This document shows, one piece after another, positions 24,628 to 37,340 of a stretch of 64,000 bases of DNA (within the stretch, counting starts at the first letter, position 1; every line of letters begins with the position of its first letter). Position numbers and translations under genes: made by a program. The DNA is from Octopus sinensis (taxonomy: Eukaryota), in the NCBI RefSeq assembly GCF_006345805.1, contig NC_043016.1:31434001-31498000 (forward strand), given 5' to 3'. The notes under the pieces are model-generated. The model worked only from the letters and a program-made list of their open reading frames with translations. It did not search any database and had not been told where the DNA came from.

Positions 24628-25925
24628 ATCTTGAAGCAGAATCTTTGAGTACCACATCGCTCTGGTAATTACTGCAACAACACTGATTCCAAGTGTATTG
24701 GCTTCTATGCTCTTCTTGGATCACACATGTGAAATGCAGATGGGCACTCTGCTACATGAATAATGGCTACTTTTTAAAGAAAAAGACAAAACAAAAAACA
24801 ACAAGAAAAAAACCAAGCCAGTATTATCAAATAGGTTAACCTTTTAGTATTCAGATTGCTTTGTCAAATGTAATGCTTATTTATTCACATTACTTTTTAT
24901 TTAATTAATCATATTAATTTAGAAAAGTGAATTAACAAAAAGAGATGGTAATATATCAATATTTTTATTCAGTATAGAATCTTTCACTGGCAACGCTTAT
25001 ATTTCTTTAGGATTCCTATTGCTGATGTTAAAGTAAATATTTTCTATAATTATTATATTGTTTTCAAAGCCACATCTGAAAAGAAAGAGAGAAAAAATAA
25101 AAGAAGAGAAGAATGATTCAAAATATAAAAATAAACTGAAAATTTAATAGATATAATCATTTACTTGCACCCTTTAATCACACTCCCTTCGCAATATCCT
25201 GCCACTTATATATACCATATGGATATGGTAGACAGAAACTGAAAGAAGTCCACTACACACACACACGCACACATATATATATATTTATATGTCTTTGAGT
25301 CTGAATCTGTCCCCCTACCATCGCTTGACAACCAGTGTTGGGGTGTTTATGTCGCTGTAACTTAGTGGTTTGGCAAGAGATACCAACAGAATAAGTACCA
25401 GGCTTAACAAAAGGTGAGTACTGAGGTTGGGTCAATTGACTAAAAATTCTTCAAGGTGGTGCCCCAGCACGGCCACAGTCTAATGACTGAAACAAATAAA
25501 AGATAAAAGTTGTATGTGTGTGTGAGTGCACGTGTGTATGTGAGTGCAGAGGGAGTGTGTGTGTGTGAGTGTGTGCATGTGTGTGTGAGTGCATGTGTGT
25601 GTGTGTATGAGTGCATGTGTGTGTTTGAGTGAGTGCATGTGTGTGTGTGTTGATTACTGATGAGAGATGAGGATAGCCCCCTACCTATTACCCTCATAGC
25701 CGACAGGTGAAACCGATGACCAGCACCAAAGGGAAATAAATCCCCATTGTTTATATCTGTATTGTTTCTCCCTCCACATTTTAAAGAGGCCATAGGCCAA
25801 CAGGTCTTAGAGTCTGATGATGCACCATAAAGTTACCTTTTATGGCGAGAAACCCAACCTTCACCAGTAATTAATATATATATGTATATGTATACACACA
25901 CACACACATATATATAGAGAGAGAT

Positions 25926-25956
<31 letters not shown>

Positions 25957-26349
25957 CAGACATAAACATATATTTTATGTAGTTGTTGGTTATGGTCTGT
26001 CAGAAAGTTATCATTGATTTGACATCTATTATTGCACTTAGCCGTATAGGTGACTCCTCAGACCTGTTGGCCAGAGGAACAAGACCTCTTTACTAATGGA
26101 GGTAAAAATAGTCAGCTTTGTGGTGAAAAAGACCCCTGAATTAAATTTATTTCAAAGTGTAAACCCCGTCTGGTAGAGACAGAGTTACCTCCCTTTGAAC
26201 ATACATACATACATACATACATACATACATACGTCCGTCCGTCGTCCGTCCGTCCGTCCGTCCGTCCGTCCGTCCGTCCGTCGTCCGTCCGTCCGTCCGT
26301 CCGTCCATCCATCCATCTATCTATGCATGCATGCATGCATGCATGCATA

Positions 26350-27725
26350 CATACATACATACTCCCGCCCACGTTGCCGCACTTGCCCTTACCTCTCCAA
26401 CACCACCCGCCTCACTAGCACCCACCATCGACCCTATCCCATCATCCACTCCTTCACCTGCACCTCCAGCAATATTATCTATTGCATCTCTTGCTCTCTC
26501 TGCAATTCCTTGTACATCGGACAAACGGGACGCCGCTTGGCTGACCGGTTCGCGGAACACCTTCGTGACATCCACCTTGCGAACGACACACCGGTCTCAC
26601 GCCATTTCCGCTCCACCGGTCACTCCTTGCAACACCTATCTGTGTTCGGTTTGTCCTTACACAGAGGCCATCCGGATTCCCGTTTGCGCCGTGAACAGGA
26701 ATTAATCTTCTCTCTTCGCTCTTATACGCCATTTGGTCTCAACTCTCCCCCCCTCCTCATCTAACCCCCCTCTCCCTCCTCACCTATCCTTTCTCCCCCC
26801 GACCCCCACTTCTTCAGTCCTTCATCCTTTCACCCCTACTCCCCTTCCCTTCTTCCTCTTTCTCCCTCCCTCTTCTCTTCCCTCTGCTCCCTCACTCCCT
26901 CTCTCCCCTTCTCTCTCCCCCCCTCCCTCTTTCCTCCTTCATCCTCTCCTCCCTTCCTTCCCCTCCCATCCTCTCCTCTTCACCCTCCCCCCCCCTCTTC
27001 TTCCCCTCCCCTTCTCCCCCCTCTTCTCCCCTCCCCCTCTTCTCCTCACTACACCACATGACTTTACACATCACATCACATATGATGTGCCATACTAATA
27101 CACACACCAACTAATACATACTAATACGTACTAATACATACTAGTACATACTAATACTTACACCAACCCTATACATACACACGTCCAGACCCCGCATACG
27201 CACTTATACTCTCTCACACACACACACACACACACCTATACATACCAATACGTACTAATACATACTAATACATACTAATACATACACCAACCCCATACAT
27301 ACGCACGTCCAGACCAATCCCACGCACTGATACTCTCTCATACACACACACACACACACACACCCTTATACATACTAATACATACACCAACCCTATACAT
27401 ACACATCCAGACCCCTCCCACGCACTTTTAGCTGGTCCCTCAACCCTATTATCTCCCCTTATTTCGCTCTCGCGTCTCATGTTTGATCTTTGACCTCTGG
27501 CCGAAATCAGATCGCCATGTTGATTCGTTAGCTACTGCACGCATTTTTTTTCTCTCCTTCTTTCTGTGTTTTTCTCTCTCTGTGTATCTTTCTGTTGAAG
27601 AGCGTAGGCTCGAAACGTTAAAGACTTGTTTTATTTATATTTCCTGAGCGCCATACTAATACAATTGTTCGTTTGTTTTCCACCTGCCTTCGTCTTTTGT
27701 TTATTTTCATAAAGCTTCCCGTTAC
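26350..27725 (+). mobile_element. Penelope-like element 3' portion
   Basis: GIY-YIG ORF end, then a 290-bp pyrimidine tract, CATACTAATA tandem repeats, and a decayed hammerhead tail at 27587-27624. Confidence 0.7.
26360..26764 (+). pseudogene. Penelope GIY-YIG endonuclease domain fragment
   Basis: CRTC...FTCTSSNIIYCISCSLCNSLYIGQTGRRLADRFAEH...VSRHF...RLRREQELIFSLRSYTPFGLN. Open, but with no genuine start or RT upstream. Confidence 0.92.
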
Positions 27726-28269
27726 ATACATACGTCCGTACGTCCGTCCGTCCATCCATCCATCCATCTATCCATGTATGCATGCATGCATGCATGCATG
27801 TATGTATGTATGTATGTATGTATGTATGTATGTATGTATGTATGTATGTATGTATGTATGCATGCATGCATGCATGCATGTATGTATGTATGTATGTATG
27901 TATGCATGCATGCATGTATGTATGTATGTATGTATGTATGTATGTATGTATGTATGTATGTATGTATGTATGTATGTATGCAGGCAGGCATACATTTGTT
28001 CAATATCAAAAATAAAAAGCAAATAAAAATGCTGTGATTTTTCCATTTCTTTCTCTCTCGACATATATGCCTGTATGTTTGTTAGTGACAGAAGGACTAT
28101 TCACTCACATACATGCATGCACACACACGTGCACATACAATCACATATAGACAGACAGGTAGGTAGGTAGCTAGTTAGTTAGTTAGTCAGTTAGGTAGAT
28201 AGACAGACAGACATGCAGGTAGGTAGGTATGTAGGTAGGTTGGTATGTAGGTAGTTTGATAGGTAAGTT

Positions 28270-28326
<57 letters not shown>

Positions 28327-28518
28327 GTAGATAGATAGAGAGATAGATGGATAGATAGATGGATGGATGGATGGATGGATGGATAGAAGATAGACAGACA
28401 GACAGACAGACAGATAGGTAGATAGATAGATAAGTAGACAGACTGATATATATATATATATATATATATAGATATGTCGATGTCCGATGGATGTACTTGG
28501 TACAGACACAATTGTATC

Positions 28519-28561
<43 letters not shown>

Positions 28562-28922
28562 ATCAATAGTAATTTTTATTGACTTTTACAGGTTTATAAT
28601 TTTATGAACTGAACTGTGTTTTTTTTTTTATTATTTTTCATGTATAGGTCTGATTTTAATTTAAATGTGAGTGTGCATATATTTTCCTGTGTGTTAGTTT
28701 TTAGAACTATTAGCCCAATATGTAGAATAACTGTGTTTATTAATATATATTGATATATATTTTGTTTTATTTTGTTTTGTTTATTTTGTATTATTGTATT
28801 AATGAGTATATATATATATATGTGTAGTATTATGGGTGTCTATGCACACGTTTTTATATTTTATATTTTTATATTTATATGTATATAAAAAAAAAATTTT
28901 TCACACTTATAATAAATTAAAT

Positions 28923-29033
28923 TCTCTGAAGAGGCCGTGGGGCATCCTTGTTAATGTCTCATTTATACCTGCCTTATATGGCTTATAGGTTAAATGAGGC
29001 ATGCTTGCCTTTACTGCCGAAACAGCTGTCAGA
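28923..29033 (+). ncRNA. Type I hammerhead ribozyme (Penelope-type)
   Basis: TCT-CTGAAGA-GGC...GCC-GAAAC-AGCT-GTC/AGA: intact catalytic core, stem I of 3 bp, extended stem II with an internal hairpin, palindromic ACAGCTGT stem III, GUC cleavage triplet. Confidence 0.75.
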
Positions 29034-29955
29034 TATGATATAATTACATATTATATTTTAGATTTTAGATTTCTATTTCCTTGTCTAATTATATTTACAA
29101 TATATTTTGTATAATGCCTTTACTGTTATGTAATGGTGTAATAAAGTATTGATTGGGTATCATCTGTTGGTTGATGTTTGATTGATTTAAGTATGTTTCT
29201 CCATTTTCTAATTTTGTAATATATTATATTTATATAAAACTCCAAGAAAGTTAGAGGTTGTGAATCCAACCCACTAAGGGATAATATTTATCCAATATAC
29301 TGCTGGTAGAATACCAAATTATTAATACACAATGTTTTTTATTGCATTGCAATTACATTACCGAGTGTACTAAATGGGTGAGGGTAAAGAGATATTTCAC
29401 CATTAATTTATAGAGCAATAAGAAAATGGAGGGAATCAATAAGTGGTTCATCAACTTTAAGACATTAAATTATGTTAATTTATTTATTTATTTACTATGG
29501 ATTGATGGGTTTTTGTTTGTTCTTTTCTCCTTTAAAAAACTTTTAAATTAGCTATATCAGTGCTTCATCATTTTTAGTGTTTCATGAAAATTAATGTATT
29601 TAACTTGCCAGAAGTAGATGTTTTGATTGGTATTTGTATATTTAATTTGAAATGAAGTATGTTATAGCTTTCCATGCAAAATTTTATCAGGGCTGTTTTT
29701 ATGGGGCTGCGGTATAAGCTCCTTTATGTTGTATTGATCCAGGAAGTGCGTGTTTGAGGAAACAAACTCAGGCGTTGTCTCTAGGCAACATACACTTTAG
29801 CTACACCATTTGTCTAGATACATTAAAAAAAAATGGCTGGCTATGTCTAGAATGTCTTTGTTTTTAGGTGTCCTAGACCAAGTCTAGCCAGCATCTAAAT
29901 AACAACCATATAAATACAAAAACTAATATATTTTAGTAGGACTTACATTTAAAAT

Positions 29956-30533
29956 TTATCCCTGTCTCCTATTATTTTTAATAAGAGCATTCCTCCGTTT
30001 ATGATATCCATTCTTGTTCCACATTTTCATATTTCTTGAATGCATTGAATTTCCACCTCTCATCATTTTATTAGGCATTCTTGGTCTTACAACTCTATCC
30101 ATTTTATTCATTCTATTCATTCTAGTCTTTCTATTCATTCTATTCATTCTATTAATTCTATTCTTTCTATGCATTCTATTCATTTTATTAACTTTCCCTC
30201 CTTTATTTCGGCTCTGCCACATTTTATTATATCTTGATCGTCTACGTTTTGGTTGGGCATTTCTTTGGAAAGATTGTTGTCTTCTGACTGGACGTCGTCT
30301 ACCTCTAGCATAATCAGCATTTGTTTTCTTCACCTTTTTTTCATCTTTATCAGGTTCACTGCTTTCCTTTTTTATGGCAGTGTTCTCTTCAGCCTCTTTA
30401 GCAGGAGCTTTTTTGGCATCTGGAGATTCAGCCACTTCCTTTTCAACTTCTTCTTCAACTTCATTTTCCATTTCATTTTCAACTTCGTTGTCATCTGAAG
30501 CTTCAGATTGCTGACCACTGGCTAGATGTTGTA
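29956..30533 (-). CDS. Coding exon 3 of an uncharacterised secreted charge-block protein (207-aa precursor)
   Basis: Strong acceptor (long polypyrimidine tract ...catgctgtttttcag|TACAAC at 30534/30533), phase 1. Open frame (V)QHLASGQQSEASDDNEVENEMENEVEEEVEKE...KNNRRQG to TAA at 29958-29956. Extends the 171-aa ORF-track entry 29956..30471. Confidence 0.88.
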
Positions 30534-30965
30534 CTGAAAAACAGCATGGAAATGATAAGTAAAAAGAAAAAAAGAATTAAGAAGAAGTTACATGCAATTA
30601 TTTCATGACATCAGCGAAATATAATTTTCTTCATTCAGTTTGCCTTGAATAACTTGCTTCTAAAATAGGAACTTGTTCATTATTGAGAATTTGTTTCTTT
30701 AAACACTGTACTTTTATACTAAGCAGTATGGAGCTAAGGGATACAACTCAAATAAGCTAATGGCATGAATGAAGACAGATCAAATTGATGTTGTTTTACT
30801 GAATGGCATATGAAAAACATTTCTGATGAACTTTTTGTTGAGGGGTGAGGGGTGGGGAAATTAAAAACATAAAACAAATTACTAAAACAGCACTAGTGGT
30901 AATTTTAGCTCTAACCATCCCACCAAAACAGATCAGCTTTTCCATTTCATCATTAGAAAAATCAG

Positions 30966-31188
30966 CCCTTTAGCATTCAAATCACTCTATCAAATCACTC
31001 TAATGCTTATTTATTCACTTGATTTGAATTAATCATGCATTATCCCATAGCTTTGAGATTTCAATGATGTGATGGTTTAGTTTTAGAATGACATTGTAGG
31101 GTTGGTGTGAGAGGCTGAATCTGGTCAGTTGGAGCACAAAACAGGTTGAAGATTTTGGCTGGATATGACCAATTTAAATGCTAAAGAG
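30966..31188. mobile_element. Second piggyBac-type MITE family
   Basis: CCCTTTAGCATT...AATGCTAAAGAG|TTAA. A fragment of the same family is near 24835-24900. Confidence 0.55.
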
Positions 31189-31757
31189 TTAAAAACATTC
31201 ACCTTCTCAACTTCTTGAAATTATCACCCTTTTCTTGTGTGTGTCACCAACTGTTACTGCCATGTTTTTATTTTTGTTTCTCTAACCAAGAGAGACATTT
31301 CATTTCATCAACTCATTATTAATTTATTATTTAAGTCCTTCAGTACATCAACACCTATTCTATTTATACTTGCTCGTTTCATTCCTTGGACAGCAACCCT
31401 GCTGTGGTATTGCCTTTAAGAGCTTCAGTTGATCATATCAACTTTACTTCACTACCTCAGTCTGGAATCTATTTCATTGATCCATTTTTGTCAAATCCCT
31501 ATGCTATGAGAATAAAGAGATGTAACTCAAAAACAACAACTGTTTTTATAACAGTGTCAATGTAAACAATTTGAGCGTCAATACACATTCACAAATTAGT
31601 GGCAATCCCTCAAGATCGAGAATGATTCATTCCAACCATTATTTTCTTCTGTTATTTATTCCATGGACTTCAAAGATAACTACAATTACATTCTTGGTGA
31701 CCTGGCATCTATGAAGAGTGTTAGACAGAGATGCCTGCTTTTCCAAGTTTCCATTAA

Positions 31758-31977
31758 CTCTTTCATTACTGTATTTATTTTGAGATGCTCTGTATTTCTT
31801 TCAATTACTTTAAATATAACAAAGAATTTAGTAAAATAACTTAGCTATCATTAAGCTAGTGTTAGGAACATAAATTGCTACTAAGGTTTGGTGGAAGATC
31901 TTTATTCAAAACTTATGAAAACAAGACATTTGTACTCAGAGCCAGAGCCAGTTTCAGCCAGGTTGGTAACGAAAGGG
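31758..31977. mobile_element. piggyBac-type MITE, inverted relative to 10140-10349
   Basis: TTAA on both sides, ends GGTAACGAAAGGG, internal homology to the first copy. Confidence 0.8.
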
Positions 31978-33731
31978 TTAAATACATTTTTGAACTACTT
32001 CTTTTGTGTACTTCTCATGTGTACTTTACTTCAATCAGTTGTGAATGTAACAGATGTCTGTGCAACAGTTTTTGGACAGCTGCTGGTTCATCTGCCACCC
32101 TCATGACATAGATGACTCATCAAAACCGAAGTCATGTAATGATAGTGAAGAGTGCAACTTCTCTTTACTCTTTTACTCTTTTACTTGTTTCAGTCATTTG
32201 ACTGCAGCCATGCTGGTGCACCGCCTTTAATCGAGCAACCCGACCCCGGGACTTATTCTTTGTAAGCCCAGTACTTATTCTATCGGTCTCTTTTGCCGAA
32301 CCGCTAAGTGACGGGGACATAAACACACCAGCATCGGTTGTCAAGCAATGCTAGGGGGACAAACACAGACACACAAACACACACATATATACATATACAC
32401 GACAGGCGTCTTTCAGTTTCCGTCTACCAAATCCACTTACAAGGCTTTGGTCGGCCTGAGGCTATAGCAGAAGACACTTGTCCAAGGTGCCACGCAGTGG
32501 GATTGAACCCGGAACCATGTGGTTAGTAAGCAAGCTACTTCCCACACAGCCACTCCTGCGCCTATCAACAATTTTTCTGATATGCCTTTTGATAATGATT
32601 TGATCCAATCAATACTTGTTATTTTCCCTACACAGTTTGATGGAACATCACCATCACCTTCAAGGGTTTAATCAAACGAATTAGTCCCCCAGTATTTATT
32701 TTTTAAGTTTGGTATTTTATTCTAGCAGTCTTTCCTGCTGAACTGCTAAGTTATGAGGATTTAAACAAGCCAACGATGGTTATCAAGTGAGGATGTGATG
32801 GAGAGGTGAAAACAAACACAAAAACATGCACACAGACACTCACTCACACGCACATATTGCAGGCTTTCACATAGTCCCTTTTATAAAATTCAAGGCATAG
32901 CAGAAGATACTTGCCCAAGGTACTGTGCAGTGAGACTGAACCCAAAACCATGTGGTTACAAGATGAGCTTCTTAACTATTCAATTTTGTCTCCACTTATT
33001 CAAATGCCTGTATCTTGTACAAAAAGACCAAAATATTCTCTTGATTGTTTGGCTTAAACATCATTATCATAATCATCATCATCATTTAGCATCTGTTGTC
33101 CATGTTGGCATGGGCTGGACGGTTTGACCAGGGCTGGCAAATTGGAAAGCTGCACCAGACTCCAGTCTGATTTGGCATGGTTTCTACAGCTGGATGCCCT
33201 TTCTAACATTAACCACTCCGAGAGTGTAATGGGTGGTTTTATGCACCACCAGGACAGGTGCCATTTGCGTGGTATCTGCCACAACTGTGCTTTTATTTGG
33301 CTTGATGGATCTGTTTCTCCAGCACAACATAATGCCAAAGGTCTTGGTCATTGCCTTCCGTGAGGCTCAAAAGGTGTTTTTCATGTGCCACCAGCATCAG
33401 CCACCTTGCCTCCATGAGGCCCAACACTCAAAAGACACTCTGTACATGCCACCAGCATAGGTGCCAATTACGTGACACCAGCATCAGCTACAAATACAAT
33501 GCTACCAAACTCTGAAATTTCATTGGGTCTAGTTGCTGAGATCAGCTATTTTCAGGTGTTTGGAATGGTTAGTTTTAGTAAGTTTGAGCATTTCAAAGTT
33601 GATTTATAGCCCTTTCATTAATATAAAAGGGTCTTTATTCTGCTTTTAACAAGAGGCAGATATTAATGTAATGAATACAAGACAAATGAAGTTATAAACT
33701 CCTACAAATATATAATGACTGAGAAACATGT

Positions 33732-33775
<44 letters not shown>

Positions 33776-33994
33776 CCATTCAGTCATTCATAATTCTTCT
33801 TTCTACTATAGTCTTGAAGTTTTTGTGGGATAGGGCTAGTCGATTACATTGGCCCCAGTGCTCAGTTGATACTCATTTTATTAACCTGAAAAGGATGAAT
33901 GGCAAGGTTTGTCCTTTTCAGATTGATACTTATTCATTCATATTAACACTATTAAAATAATGTCTCTATGGATTTTATGGGTTATGTTTTATAT

Positions 33995-34760
33995 CAGGGG
34001 TTCTCAACCATTTTTTATCTATGGACCCCTTTGATTATTATTTTATTCTGATGTATTCCCATAGCCATTCAATGTTTAAAAACTAGTTTGATAGAAATAC
34101 ACTTCTTTTAAAATTCCTATTTTGTTTTTCACACATTAAGTTGTGTAGGTTAAACTTTGTAAAATGTTAGAGAACGAAACCTAACTGTTTCTTGTAATAC
34201 ATACTCCAATACATACATCTAAAGCAGGGGCTCTCAACTATTTTTTATTTATGAACTCCGTTGATTACTATTCTATTATGGTGGATCCCATAGCCATCTG
34301 ATGTTTAAAAACTAGTTTTATAGAAATTTCTTTTAAAATTCCTATTTTGTTTTTCACACATCAACTTGCATAGGTTAAACTTTGTAAAATGTTAGAGAAA
34401 GAAACCTAGCTGTTTCTTGCAATAATACATAGCATTAAATACATATAATGCCAGGAATGTCTGCCATTTTTCATCTATGGATATTATTTTATTTTGGTGA
34501 ACCCCCATAGCCATCCAATGTTTAAGAAGTAGTTTTATAGAAATTTCTTTCAAAATTCCTATTTTGTTTATCACACATTAACTTGTATAGATTGAAGTAT
34601 GTCAAATGCTAGAGAAAGAAACCTAGATGTTCCTTGCAATACATACCAATACATACATCTAAAGCTAATTTTAAAAAAATACTATTGTGGATCTCCAATT
34701 TACTATTTTGTTGCATGGACTCCCACAAAATCTTATATGGACCCCAGTTAAGAACCACTG
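33995..34760. mobile_element. hAT-like MITE with an internally triplicated unit of about 215 bp
   Basis: CAGGGGTTCTCAACC...GTTAAGAACCACTG, degenerate 8-bp TSD TTTTATAT/CTTTACAT, three copies of AAACTAGTTT.ATAGAAAT...AATACATAC. Confidence 0.8.
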
Positions 34761-36329
34761 CTTTACATGAATGTGTTAATTATTCTCATGAACAATCTTT
34801 TATTTAGATATTTTTGACTTCATTCATGTGCTTTATCTCATGGCATTTTTGCTCATGAGCATTCTTTGTAAATATGAAATGCTTTGTATGTAAATATCAA
34901 TTATTTCAGAATTTTATTTATTTTATTATTTTTGTTTAACTAATACAAATTATCATACAATATTAAACACATATTTATAATTATTAAAATGATTTTAATG
35001 CAGAATGAGAATATATTGGTAGGCTCAAGAATGCTTCAGATGTTCTACCACTGGATGTACCTGATTTTTGTCAGACATCTTTATTTCCAGTTTATGCCGC
35101 ATTTTCTATTCAAAAGGGTTTTTCAAGCCAATATTTACACGCTAGTATTCATAGCTTAATGTGCTTTGAGATCCACTGCTGATCTCTAATTGTAGAGGGA
35201 ACATGTGGAAGGAGTAGACCCAGGAAAATATGGGATGAAATGGTGAGAAAGGATCTACAGATGTTGGGGCTCACGTGGTGGGATGACAAGGTACTGAGAC
35301 ACCTGACGCTTTACTGTACTTAACAAAACATGCCCAACCAAGTAAAAGCATGGTTGTTCTTGCATACAAGTCTGTCTCCTGCATCTCTTTCCGGTTGAGT
35401 ATTCTTAATCTTGTGGGCTTGGGGGTGCTGGTGCCACATAAAAAGCACTTGTACTGGTGCTATGTAAATACACCAGTGCCAGAACTGTGTAAAAGCACCC
35501 GGTACACTCTGTAAAGTGGTTGGTGTTAGGAAGGGCATCCAGCCACAGAAACCATGCCAAACCAGAAGTGGAGCCTGGGCATCTCCTGTCAAACCATCCA
35601 ACTCATGCCAACATGGAAAATGGACATTAAATGGTGATGACAATGATATATATAAATATATATGTAATTGTTTAATAGTTCACAAATCTGAAAAAAATCA
35701 TTGTCTAAAATTTGGAGCAGTAATACTTAAAAGATTGTTGGTTATGGTTGGTCAGAGAGTGACCATTGGTTTCACACCTATAAGGTTTTTAGTGGTATAA
35801 ATGACTTGTCAGACTTGAAGGCTGGCCTGAGTTCCTGATCATTATCTGACTGCTAATATAAGAATATTGTTCTACTAATGTTGAGAGGTAGCCACACTCA
35901 TGCATCAACAAAAATTCTTGACAATATGTGTAGGTTTTAGAGCCATCTAGGAGAACAGGTAAAATACAACTGTCTTATATACAATAAGTTTGGTTGTTTA
36001 TTTCACATCGCCATCGTATATTTGGCTTTTCAGATGATTAAAGATTACACTGATACATTTTAACCACTGTGTGATCTTATTCATCAATATCCACATTCTA
36101 TGATAAAAGACAACCTAGTCATTGGGGATGCTTCACATTTTTCACTATTTGTTGATATATCTGGGTGGTTGGACTAAGTTCCTGATTATTATCTTACTGC
36201 TGATCCAAGAGTATTGTTCTACTAATGTTGATAGGTAACCAGACCCTTGCATCAACAAAAATGTCGGTAATTGGTTGTAGTTCTTTTGCTAAAATCTGAC
36301 TAACTCTGGTATTATCTGTGTATTAAAAT

Positions 36330-36530
36330 CCAAATAATCTTTGTTCTGGCTTAGAGTCTGACGAAGTTGAGTGGTTTGCCATCTGTCTGTGCAATATGAA
36401 ATATGGACATCAGGAAAGAGTTTACACTCAAACTTGGTCTCAAGTTTATGCATAGCTATGAGGAAAATAGAAAAGAGAGTAGTGACTATAACACACATCT
36501 GCTTAACTTCAGTTCTCACTTCAAACTGAT
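36330..36530 (-). pseudogene. RTE/BovB-like RT fragment
   Basis: RTEVKQMCVIVTTLFSIFL...HISYCTD corresponds to GVKQGCV.APTLFSIF...I.YRTD. Confidence 0.65.
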
Positions 36531-37149
36531 TTGTTGTGAAAATCTTATTCTTAAGCTTTTAACTTCCCATGAAGCATAGGTTATTGATGTTTTTCCTTCA
36601 CTGTTCTTGACTCAGAGCTATCTTTTCAGTTCCTTTCCAGTTGGATCCCTGCTTTTTCAGTCTCTCTTCCATCTCCCTTGTGGGTTCTGTCCCCTCTTGT
36701 GCATCAAGCATATGTTTCCTAAAGGCCTTCCTCTTCCAGGTCTTGATATTAAATTGTCATTGATGCTTCTGTAACTTTGCTTTTTTATCCAAGTAGGAAT
36801 GTTGGCTGTACAAAAACCCATTTTTATCTCTGGGAAGAGGTGGTCTGTATTAGTCTGGTCTCTATCCTTTGGCCTGTCCAGCACTAGAAGCTCTGTCAGG
36901 GATGTGTGCTCTGCTGGTGCAGTTCTCAGGGTCATTAAGGTACAAAAGCTACCATACTGCAGCAAAGACTAGAGCTGATGGGGGTTTGTGAAAAACTCAC
37001 TATACTTATTTCATGTTATCATGTAGATGTCGGGTAACTGACATGGTTATGACTTGATGCAAGATTGGTTACAGTGACCAATGATGAAACAATTGCAAAC
37101 AATGAACGAAAATGATTTTCTAACTACACTCTTTGGTATATGTTATTTA

Positions 37150-37197
<48 letters not shown>

Positions 37198-37340
37198 ACG
37201 TGTGTGTGTGTGAGGAAAAACATTAGAAAATTTCTTGCTCTTAATCTTTGAAAATCCCCTTTCTTTTCTACTTCAAGGGTTATAGGTGATCCAGTGAGCA
37301 GTGAAAGGAAAAAAATTTAAGTGAATAAAAAGAGTATTAC

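Noticed and set aside
27587-27624. Active hammerhead ribozyme, also considered at 25814-25853, 48132-48364 and 51655-51700
   Set aside because: Core positions are mutated (CUGUUGA, AAAA for GAAA, UUGAUAA) or the cleavage strand is missing; kept only as relics.
27631-28064. MYVC/HTYI-repeat ORFs, also at 51238-51684, 54053-54768 and 61870-62211
   Set aside because: These are translations of (TACA)n and (TA)n microsatellites.
30014-30313. Hydrophobic plus-strand ORF (99 aa)
   Set aside because: It is the antisense shadow of the Arg/Asn/Met codons of exon 3.
29956-30533. Calling the secreted protein a reflectin or protamine
   Set aside because: It lacks the reflectin M/FD(X)5MD(X)5MD repeat and Tyr/Asp richness, and the signal peptide and acidic block argue against a nuclear protamine.
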